Virus record (IMG/VR): IMGVR_UViG_3300046820_001014
Span: 24,420-88,419 of that record
DNA from: a virus
DNA length: 64,000 bases
Reading direction: 5' to 3' (one strand)
Shown: piece after piece, positions 56,045 through 64,000 of the stretch
Layout of the letters: every line of letters starts with the position of its first letter
Numbering within the stretch: the first letter of the stretch is position 1
Made by a program: the position numbers and the translations under genes
Notes under the pieces: generated by a model
What the model was told of the DNA's origin: nothing
Seen by the model: only the letters and a program-made list of their open reading frames with translations
Database searches by the model: none

Positions 56045-58080
56045 GGAATACCGGAGGTCTTTGGATAAACACTGAACCTTTTAGAGAGGCAGGTAATAAC
56101 TTTATTACTACTGGTAGATATACTGATGCTCTTCCTGGGACATTAGAATTTGATAGATTCTGGGATCAAGAGTTTACTAGGTGTATAGAGGGTTATGAAG
56201 TCTCTGGTGCTAAGATAACTGGTAAACATTACTTCTATCTAAACTATTGCCTCATTAATAAGGTAAACTTAACTGATGATAACAGAGGTAAGAGAAAGGT
56301 ATCTAAAGGTTTCTTACTTCCTGACTTTTGGGATGGTGATTATGAGTACTTCTGGTTCTTAGAAATAGCAGAGAATGGTATAGATCCAGCTCTTCTTCCT
56401 AAGTTGCATCTAAATAATAAAGTACTTTGGACAGAAGGAGGAAAATCTATGATAGTAGGTAAAGCTAGGAGAAGAGGATTCTCTTATAAGAATGCTGCTA
56501 CTATTGCATGGGAATATACCTTCATTAAAAAGTCCCTTACTCTAGTTGCTGCTTATGATAAGAAATATCTATTCTCAGAGATTGGTATCTTTACTAAGGT
56601 TATAGATATGCTCAATCACCTCAACACTAATTGTCCTGCTTTTAAGAGAAGCAGGCTTGTTAATAAAGTAGCTGATGGTAGAATTAAGAGTGGTTATATA
56701 GAGTATACTGATGATGGTACAGAGTTAGCTAAAGGGCATCAAAGTTCTATTACTTGTGTATCCTTTATGAATAATCCTGATGCTGCAAGGGGTGCTGATG
56801 CTAGTAAAATTATTGTAGAAGAAGCAGGTACTTTCATTAATTGGAATGAGAGTTATTATGCTATGGAACCTTCTATTAAGGCTGGGGATTATTATACAGG
56901 TATGATGATTGTTTTTGGTACTGGTGGTGATATGGAAGCTGGTACTATTGATTTTGCTGAGATGTATTATAATCCTGATAATTATAATATGATGCCTTTT
57001 GAGAATGTATGGGATGAGGATGGATTAAGAGATAAGAGTGCAGGTTTCTTCTTTCCTATGTATCAGAACTATGAGGGAGCTTATGATAAGAATGGTAACT
57101 CAGATATACCTAAAGCTAAAGAACTCTTATCTAAACTTAGGGAGAATAAGAAAGCTAAAGCAAAGAGCCCTGATGAGTATCTTAGACATACTACTGAGTA
57201 TGCTTGGTCCCCCTCTGAAGCTTTTCAAATTATCTCTAATAATGTATTTCCTACAGAAGATCTGCGTAGACAGCTAGGCTTATGTATGACTAAAGATGAG
57301 TATAAAGGTATCTGTGGTAAGATGGCTTATGATAGTAATGGTAATCCAGAGTTTGTACCAGACCTGTCTCTCAGACCTTTAGAGTATAGAGATAAAACCT
57401 TAGATAAGAGTGGTTGTATACAGATATGGGAAAAACCAACTCCAGGAATATCGTATAATTTGTATACTGGAGGACTAGATCCATATGCTACTGATGAAGC
57501 TAATTATAGTGATTCTTTAGGCTCACTATTTATCTTTAAGAGGTATGCTATAGGTGAGGAAACTCATGATTTACCAGTTGCTGAGTATACAGGTAGACCA
57601 CAGAACTTTAAAGAGTTTTATGATCAATGTATACTCTTAATAGAGTACTATAATGCAAGCTGTCTATATGAAAATAACATCAACAACTTTAAAACCCACT
57701 GTGAGAATAAACATAAATTGCATTTATTGTCCAGAACCCCAAGTATTGTTAAGGCTGCATCTAACCAACACACAAATACCTATGGGATCAGAGTTGTCGG
57801 CAATTCATATTCCTCTGTTAAGAATGAACTTATCACTTATGTAAATAACTGGTTAAGAGAGGAGTATGAAGATGGTAAGAGCAATGTTTATAAGATTAAA
57901 AGTATAGGTCTCTTACAAGAACTTATAACTTATAATAGTAGAGGTAACTTTGATAGATTTATATCCTTCTCATTAGCTCTTATTAGAAATATAGAATTAA
58001 CTAAAATACAACCTGCTTTTAAAGACTCGTATAAGAGGAATGGCAGAGATTTCTTTTCTTCCAAATTATTTAGTAACTAA
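56032..58080 (+). CDS. terL: Terminase large subunit
   Basis: ITGKHYFYLNY, KARRRGFSY, EEAG, GTGG, GLDPY, YENN and GNFDR. Confidence 0.92.
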   Translation: MGTIRNTGGLWINTEPFREAGNNFITTGRYTDALPGTLEFDRFWDQEFTRCIEGYEVSGAKITGKHYFYLNYCLINKVNLTDDNRGKRKVSKGFLLPDFWDGDYEYFWFLEIAENGIDPALLPKLHLNNKVLWTEGGKSMIVGKARRRGFSYKNAATIAWEYTFIKKSLTLVAAYDKKYLFSEIGIFTKVIDMLNHLNTNCPAFKRSRLVNKVADGRIKSGYIEYTDDGTELAKGHQSSITCVSFMNNPDAARGADASKIIVEEAGTFINWNESYYAMEPSIKAGDYYTGMMIVFGTGGDMEAGTIDFAEMYYNPDNYNMMPFENVWDEDGLRDKSAGFFFPMYQNYEGAYDKNGNSDIPKAKELLSKLRENKKAKAKSPDEYLRHTTEYAWSPSEAFQIISNNVFPTEDLRRQLGLCMTKDEYKGICGKMAYDSNGNPEFVPDLSLRPLEYRDKTLDKSGCIQIWEKPTPGISYNLYTGGLDPYATDEANYSDSLGSLFIFKRYAIGEETHDLPVAEYTGRPQNFKEFYDQCILLIEYYNASCLYENNINNFKTHCENKHKLHLLSRTPSIVKAASNQHTNTYGIRVVGNSYSSVKNELITYVNNWLREEYEDGKSNVYKIKSIGLLQELITYNSRGNFDRFISFSLALIRNIELTKIQPAFKDSYKRNGRDFFSSKLFSN

Positions 58081-60476
58081 TGATTCCACCTCTCCCAGAA
58101 CAAAGGGTTCCCCAAGCAACTAAGAATACCTTAGATTGGCAAAAGAAATGTATTATAGCACTTGTAGGTAGAGCATACTCTAATCTTTCAGGAAGTAGAA
58201 CTTCTAGAGAAGCTAAACAAATTAACTATGACCTCTTTAATTCAATTGTTAATATTGAAGATTTTTCTTATGTTACTAAGCCTTATGGTGTTGATATACA
58301 TGATAGTATTGGTAACCTGCCAGCTAATTTCCAAGACTATAATATTGTGCGCTCTTCTGTTCTACAACTGGTTGGTGAAGAACTTAAGAGACCCTTTACA
58401 TACAAAGTTGTCTCTACTGCAGGAGAAGGTTTTAATCAGTATCTTGAGGAGAAGAAGGAAGCCTTAGAGTATTCCTACATGGCTATACTTAAGAATGCTC
58501 TTGGAGAAGAGACTGAAGCAGAAACTCCTGAGGAGGTAGAAAAATACTTTACTAATACTTATACCAATAATGTAGAAATAACTGCTAATAAGCTACTTAA
58601 CCATTTAGAGAAAGCTCTTAAACTTAAGAATCATTTTGTTAGAGGTTTTCAGAATGCACTTACTTGTGCAGAAGAAGTATACTATGCAGGTATCTTTAAT
58701 AATGAACCTACCTTAATTCCTTGGAATCCTATTCACTTTGAGTGTGATAAAAATCAAGACTCACTCTTTATTGAGGATTGTGATTGGGCAGTAGGTAGAA
58801 TGTGGTTAGATAGAGGACAAATACTAGATTGGTTTGGAGATCGTCTTACTGATAAGGATAAGGAGAACTTAAGAAGTGCAGAAATCTTTAATGCTACTGC
58901 ATCTTATGGACAATCTCCAGAAGTTATTACTACTACTTATCCACATTATAACTATACTGGTACTAAGATTCTTATGCAACTTGTTACATGGAAAAGTGAG
59001 AAGAAGATTGGAACTCTTACATATGTTGATGAAAAAGGACAACCTCAAACAAAAGTAGTTGATGAAAGTTTTAAGATTCCTGCAGACTTAAAGGGGCAAA
59101 TGAAGGTAGAGTGGAACTGGATTCCTAGAACATGGATTGGAGTACAAGTTGGGCCTACAATATTCTTTGCTTATGAGAGTCCTTATCAGTTTAATACTGT
59201 AGATAATCCTTATAAGTGTAAACTCCCATTCATTGGTAGAATCTTTAATAACATTAATAGTAAGCCTACATCTCTTGTAGATCTTATTAAACCTTATCAA
59301 TATTTATATAACATTATTTGGTATAGACTAGAGTTAGAATTTGCTAAAGCAAAGGGTAAGAAGTTTGTAATGGACATTGCTCAAATACCAAAATCTAAAG
59401 GATGGACAGTAGAGCAATGGATGTATTACTTTGATACTCTGGGTATTGCATTTGTAAACTCAGCAGAAGAAGGTAGAGAAGGAGATCCAAGCTCTGTATC
59501 CAAATTTAATCAGTTTACTGGTATAGATATGACCTTAAGTAACTCTATACAAGGTTACTTCTCAATGCTAAATAAGATTGAGGAAGCAGTAGAGAGTATT
59601 ACTGGTATCTCTAGACAAAGAAAAGGACAAATTAATTCTTCTGAGACAGTAGGAGGTGTAGAAAGATCTGTAGTACAAAGTAATGCCTTAACTGAGATAT
59701 ACTTTCATGAGCACTCTATGGTTAAAGAGAAAGTCTTAGAACATTTACTTGAGATAGCTAAGATTGCATACTCTACTAATGAGCAGGGAAAACTTGTTTT
59801 TGATGAGTTTTCTAGAACATTACTAAATACTAAATCTCTCTTAAATACTGATTTTGGTTTATATGTATCTGATAGTATTAAAGATAACTCTGTTCTTGAA
59901 CAACTTAAGGGACTTGCTAAAGAGGGTATATCTTCTGGTACTTTACAGTTCTCTAACTTTGTTACTCTTCTTAAGAGCAACTCTATATCTGAAGTAGAAT
60001 CTTCTATTAAAACTTCTGAGGAAAGAAAGATGAAAATGCAGGAACAACAATCTGCTAACCAACAACAACAGATTGAGAGTAATGAAAGAATTGCTAGAGA
60101 AAAAATGGATAGGGAAGAAGCTCAGAAACAACTTGATAGAGAAGCTAGACTTAGAGAAGCTGAGATTAGAGCACTTGGTAACATTGGTATGAGTAATCCT
60201 GATGTAAATCAAAATGCTATTCCTGATGTAATGGAACAAACCAAATTATCTCTACAACAATCTAAACAACAGTTTGAGCAAGTTGAGAAACAACAAAAAA
60301 TGGAACTTGAGAAAACTAAAATGCAAGTTCAACAAGAAATGCAAGATAGAGAAAACTCTCAACAGAATAAAGTTCATGCTGATAAGATGAGACTTGAGCA
60401 ACAAAAATTAGCTCTTAAGAAAGAAGAGATAGCTATTAAGAAAAAAGCTCTTAAGTATAAGCCTAAAAGTAAATAA
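58080..60476 (+). CDS. Portal protein
   Basis: 798 aa following TerL. LVGEELKRPF, SLVDLIKPYQYLYNI, GISRQRKG and a C-terminal coiled coil match the crAss-like portal pattern. Confidence 0.88.
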   Translation: MIPPLPEQRVPQATKNTLDWQKKCIIALVGRAYSNLSGSRTSREAKQINYDLFNSIVNIEDFSYVTKPYGVDIHDSIGNLPANFQDYNIVRSSVLQLVGEELKRPFTYKVVSTAGEGFNQYLEEKKEALEYSYMAILKNALGEETEAETPEEVEKYFTNTYTNNVEITANKLLNHLEKALKLKNHFVRGFQNALTCAEEVYYAGIFNNEPTLIPWNPIHFECDKNQDSLFIEDCDWAVGRMWLDRGQILDWFGDRLTDKDKENLRSAEIFNATASYGQSPEVITTTYPHYNYTGTKILMQLVTWKSEKKIGTLTYVDEKGQPQTKVVDESFKIPADLKGQMKVEWNWIPRTWIGVQVGPTIFFAYESPYQFNTVDNPYKCKLPFIGRIFNNINSKPTSLVDLIKPYQYLYNIIWYRLELEFAKAKGKKFVMDIAQIPKSKGWTVEQWMYYFDTLGIAFVNSAEEGREGDPSSVSKFNQFTGIDMTLSNSIQGYFSMLNKIEEAVESITGISRQRKGQINSSETVGGVERSVVQSNALTEIYFHEHSMVKEKVLEHLLEIAKIAYSTNEQGKLVFDEFSRTLLNTKSLLNTDFGLYVSDSIKDNSVLEQLKGLAKEGISSGTLQFSNFVTLLKSNSISEVESSIKTSEERKMKMQEQQSANQQQQIESNERIAREKMDREEAQKQLDREARLREAEIRALGNIGMSNPDVNQNAIPDVMEQTKLSLQQSKQQFEQVEKQQKMELEKTKMQVQQEMQDRENSQQNKVHADKMRLEQQKLALKKEEIAIKKKALKYKPKSK

Positions 60477-60500
60477 CGTATAAAATTAAAAACATAAAAT

Positions 60501-60743
60501 ATGCCTAACTCAGTAAAGAAAGAAGAAGAAGTACAAGTAGTAGAAACTGTAACTCCTGTAGTAGAAGAAGTAGTAGTACCTGTAGAAGTTAAACCTTCTT
60601 TTAATAAAGAAGAAATTGTAGCTAAACTTGCAGAGTTAGCTTCTATCTTTAGAACTATGTACGGAGAACAATTGAATCCTGTATTTGCAGAGATTCATAA
60701 ATCTCTCTCTAATGCACAGTATAAAATTATGCAAAACCTTTAA
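60501..60743 (+). CDS. Hypothetical late protein
   Basis: Preceded by CGTATAA at 60477. Confidence 0.6.
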   Translation: MPNSVKKEEEVQVVETVTPVVEEVVVPVEVKPSFNKEEIVAKLAELASIFRTMYGEQLNPVFAEIHKSLSNAQYKIMQNL

Positions 60744-60748
60744 TAGAT

Positions 60749-63700
60749 ATGAATAAGAAAGGTATTAAAAAATATTTACCAGGAGCAGAATCATTAGCAA
60801 CATCTTTTGGAGATAAAGCAGGGGCTGCTATGGGAACTTATGGAGGTGCTATAGGTTCTGCAGCAAGTTCTTTAATGCCTTTGCTTATGAAAAAACCTGA
60901 TCCTAATGCTAAACCTTATAAGAAAGGTAGCAAACTAATTAAGTATGAGGAAGGTACTAAAAAAACTATTGTATCTGATCCAAATGATCCTGAAAATTTT
61001 AAAAGAAGAGCTAAACAATCACAAATTACAGAAGATGCTAACTCTGCCAGAAATACTTATGAAGCAAGACTTGCTGGAGAATCAAGCAGAGATGCTTATG
61101 AAAAACAACAAGCTGCAGGACTTAATTTGTTAAACACAACTGGACCAAGAGTTACTGAAAATAATAATACTAATATGGATAATAGTAGATTTGAAAAAAT
61201 GATGTCTAGCGACATTAGAAAAAGTAGTACAGGATTAACTCCTTCTCCTGCTTATGGTACAACTTCTTCTGCAGCAAAAAAGCCTGCAATGAGACAAAAA
61301 CCTGTAATGACTGCTGAAATGAAAAGAGTAGCAGCACTTCAACAAAAAATGAAAGCTGCTGGTTATAATATTAAAGTAGATGGTGCTTGGGGTAATGAAA
61401 CTCAAAAAATTTATAATGCTTATAATAAAGATAGAGCATCTGATAATTCCAGAAAAAATACTGTAAATACTGGACAAGGACCTACAATACAATCTCAAAG
61501 AAACTTAACTCCTGCAATGCAAGGTAAAGTTCTTCCTGAAGTTACAGTTACTGCTCCTGCTAAAAATACTTATAATCCTCTTGATAGTCCTGTATTAAGA
61601 CAAGCTGCTAAAGATACTCAAGTTAGAATGAGTAAAGAACAAGCTATTGTAGATGCTAAAGCAAAAGCTAAACAAGCTAAGATTACTAGAAATGAAAAAT
61701 CTCTTCCTTCTGCTACAGAATCTAATAGACTTACTTTTAATGCTAGTGATAAAGGACAAGGTCAAGACTTTACTACAGCTCAAGATAATGCTCTTAAACA
61801 AAACAAACTTGTTGGAGATGGTGCAACTAGTAAAAACTCAACAAGAGTAGAAACATTTGATTTTGGTACATCAGCTATTAAAGCTATTAAATTTTTTGGA
61901 GGTAATACTAGTAATGCTGTACCTAAAATGCCAAGTAAAATAGGAAAAAGTATGTCTGGAGCAAGTATGGTTGCTAAAAACAAATCTATTGCAAACAACT
62001 TTAAACCACCAACTCCTATTAAACCTGCAATGCCTGTAGATAATAGACCTGGAATGGAAGCTATAAGAAATTATAGATCTAAAATGCCTGGAATAGGACT
62101 TCCTAATATGCCAAAACCAATAAGAGGTTTAGAAGCTCCAATAAAAGCTACTCCAAAAAAACTTGGTGGAATGTCTGCAATAAAACCTGTTATTAGAAAA
62201 GGAACAATGCCTCTTAATATACCATCTCCTACTATGCCAAAAGCATTTGCAAATGGTACTAAGAAACTTTCAGGATATAGTAAACTAGATAGTAAACTAG
62301 GAGGATTACTTCCTGGAGGTGTAACTAGGGCTGAAGCTAAAACTTTAAAAACTGAAAGACAAAATGAAAAAAAACTAATTACTCTTAGAGAAGATGCAGA
62401 AGGAGCTAGAAAAAATTATGAAACTAGACTAGATGCTGAAGATGCAAGAAAAACCTATGAAGCTAGATTAGCAGGAGAAAGTGCTAGAGATGCTTATGAA
62501 GCTCAACAAAAACAAGCTCCTAGTAAATCTCTTAAAACTCAATATGAGGAAAATAAAGGAGGTTATAGTAGAGCACTTAAGAGTGGTAAGAAAGATTCTT
62601 CTGGTAATCTTGTAGATCCTAGTACCGGACTTGCTTATAAACAACTTCCTGCTAGAACTGGAGGAGGTGCTGGTGGATCTGGAAAAGGTGGTTCTAAACC
62701 TGCTACTACTGCTCCTAAAGGAAATAGTCTATTTAAGAATGGTGTAGCTGTTAAAAATTTTAAAGATAAAAATACAGGTATTACTTACTATACTAATGGT
62801 AGAGCATTTAATGAGAAGACTGGTAAAATGGCTAAGTATGCTCATAATCCTAAAAGTAATAAAATAGGTCTTCAATTTGATAAAGCTAAAGCTGCTCCTG
62901 TTAAGAAAAGAAAAGGTGATGATACTTACATGGATGAAGTAATTGATACTGGTTCAAGAATTGCAGGTTCTATTGGTGGTGGTTTATTAGCAGGAGGAAC
63001 AACATTGGGTGTAGGTTCTGTTGCAGGAGCTGTTGCAGGAGATTATGCAGGTAAAAGATTTGGTAACTGGTTGAATAAGAAACTAGGTTATAGAGAAGAA
63101 GATGATATTTCTCAAGAAGGATACTCACTTAAAGAAGGAGCATTAGCAGGTGTTGGTGGTGCTGCTGGTAAACTTATTAAATTTGCTGCTCCTGTAGTAG
63201 GAAAAGTTGGTGGTGCAATAGTTAGTAGAGGGGGTAAAGAACTTGCAAAAGTATCTGGTGCTCCATTAGGTAGAGCATTATCTTCTGTTGCTAAATCTAA
63301 AGCTGGACAAGTTGTAGGTAATGTTGCTAGTAAAGCTAAGAATCTTGTAAGTAGAGGTGGTGGAAGTAATACTGCTGCTGCTCAAACTACTAGTAAAGTT
63401 GCTTCTAAAGTTAATGCTCCAGGTGCTATAAGTAAAGTTGCTCCAACTGCACAATCTTCTAGAGCTGTAGGTAAAATAGGACCTCTTCCAACTAAAGCAG
63501 TTAGAGGTACTAGAGGAAGGTTTACAAAGAATCCAGCAAAAGCTCCACTTAAAGCTAATTCTACTGTTAATCCTAAACAACTACTTACTAAAAGAGGAGC
63601 TACTAGTTCTGTTAATGCTAAACCTACTGTTACAGCACAAGGTGCAGTACAAGGTCCTGCAAAAGCTAACTTAAGTCAAGGTATATCTAATAAAGCTAAA

Positions 63701-63847
63701 ACTGCTGGAAGAAAAACAAAGGAAGTTGGTAAGAAAGCTATCAATTTTGTTAAAAATAACAAGAAGAAAACTGCTGTTGGTGCAGTAGGAGGAGCAGGTT
63801 TAGTAGGTGGAGGATATGCACTTTCTAAAACAAGAACTGGTGAATAA
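60749..63847 (+). CDS. Large basic low-complexity protein with a peptidoglycan-binding-like motif and Gly-zipper helices
   Basis: VAALQQKM...YNIKVDGAWGNETQ, YEARL repeats and GSIGGGLLAGG...GAVAG. Confidence 0.6.
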   Translation: MNKKGIKKYLPGAESLATSFGDKAGAAMGTYGGAIGSAASSLMPLLMKKPDPNAKPYKKGSKLIKYEEGTKKTIVSDPNDPENFKRRAKQSQITEDANSARNTYEARLAGESSRDAYEKQQAAGLNLLNTTGPRVTENNNTNMDNSRFEKMMSSDIRKSSTGLTPSPAYGTTSSAAKKPAMRQKPVMTAEMKRVAALQQKMKAAGYNIKVDGAWGNETQKIYNAYNKDRASDNSRKNTVNTGQGPTIQSQRNLTPAMQGKVLPEVTVTAPAKNTYNPLDSPVLRQAAKDTQVRMSKEQAIVDAKAKAKQAKITRNEKSLPSATESNRLTFNASDKGQGQDFTTAQDNALKQNKLVGDGATSKNSTRVETFDFGTSAIKAIKFFGGNTSNAVPKMPSKIGKSMSGASMVAKNKSIANNFKPPTPIKPAMPVDNRPGMEAIRNYRSKMPGIGLPNMPKPIRGLEAPIKATPKKLGGMSAIKPVIRKGTMPLNIPSPTMPKAFANGTKKLSGYSKLDSKLGGLLPGGVTRAEAKTLKTERQNEKKLITLREDAEGARKNYETRLDAEDARKTYEARLAGESARDAYEAQQKQAPSKSLKTQYEENKGGYSRALKSGKKDSSGNLVDPSTGLAYKQLPARTGGGAGGSGKGGSKPATTAPKGNSLFKNGVAVKNFKDKNTGITYYTNGRAFNEKTGKMAKYAHNPKSNKIGLQFDKAKAAPVKKRKGDDTYMDEVIDTGSRIAGSIGGGLLAGGTTLGVGSVAGAVAGDYAGKRFGNWLNKKLGYREEDDISQEGYSLKEGALAGVGGAAGKLIKFAAPVVGKVGGAIVSRGGKELAKVSGAPLGRALSSVAKSKAGQVVGNVASKAKNLVSRGGGSNTAAAQTTSKVASKVNAPGAISKVAPTAQSSRAVGKIGPLPTKAVRGTRGRFTKNPAKAPLKANSTVNPKQLLTKRGATSSVNAKPTVTAQGAVQGPAKANLSQGISNKAKTAGRKTKEVGKKAINFVKNNKKKTAVGAVGGAGLVGGGYALSKTRTGE

Positions 63848-63914
63848 TAAAAAACTAATAAAAAATATTAGAGAGTATAATAAACAACGTATAACAATTT
63901 AAAATTAAAACAAC

Positions 63915-64000
63915 ATGTTTGGAGATTTTGTAGATGAAGAACTAGAAAACAGAAAAAATACATCTGAAGAGACAGATGTAGATGAAGAATACTTTGAAGA
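63915..64000 (+). CDS. Start of an acidic protein (scaffold-like gene usually found before the major capsid gene), 3'-truncated
   Basis: MFGDFVDEELEN..., preceded by CGTATAA at 63888. Confidence 0.55.
   Translation, partial: MFGDFVDEELENRKNTSEETDVDEEYFE

Noticed and set aside
23865-58080. Inteins or introns in NrdA, DnaB, PolA or TerL
   Set aside because: Lengths are normal, motifs are contiguous, and no C...HN splice motifs were seen.
1739-63580. Short antisense or nested ORFs in the track (e.g. 1739, 1818, 15042, 20984, 38446, 41154, 59705, 61235, 63278)
   Set aside because: They lie within well-supported genes and show no motifs; they are shadow ORFs.
1-64000. CRISPR array, DGR reverse transcriptase or integrase
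   Set aside because: No regularly spaced repeats, no RT motif and no tyrosine/serine recombinase were recognised in this window.

Overview
This window is about 64 kb of an AT-rich, strongly CpG-depleted dsDNA phage genome that looks like a crAss-like (Crassvirales-type) phage of a Bacteroidota host. The assignment rests on the HU/IHF-like-TerL-portal block, giant putative virion-delivered proteins, TAnnTTTG promoters and lipoprotein genes. It uses the standard genetic code. There are three blocks. (+) 1-18808: end of a giant virion/ejection protein carrying SLOG-like and Dda-like helicase domains, ferritin, a second giant protein, a lysis cassette and tail genes. (-) 18805-54584: nucleotide metabolism (ThyX, dNMP kinase, NrdAB, PhoH), a Tad1-like anti-defence sponge, a complete ubiquitin-like conjugation operon (Ubl-E2-JAB-E1), replication genes, a sigma factor, an unusual tRNA/tRNA-mimic/ncRNA cluster and small early genes. 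(+) 54617-64000: packaging and head genes. The most notable observations are: (1) the phage-encoded Ubl/E1/E2/JAB operon; (2) two tRNA mimics without a usable anticodon that tightly bracket a ~160-nt structured RNA, next to a tRNA-Arg with no D-arm; (3) five free-standing homing endonuclease genes that share a promoter plus a hairpin over or just upstream of the start codon; (4) an HNH insertion that left the old thyX N-terminus behind and supplied a recoded one; (5) an attC-like, integron-type cassette in a CpG-rich island. All protein family calls come from motif recognition by eye, not from database searches.
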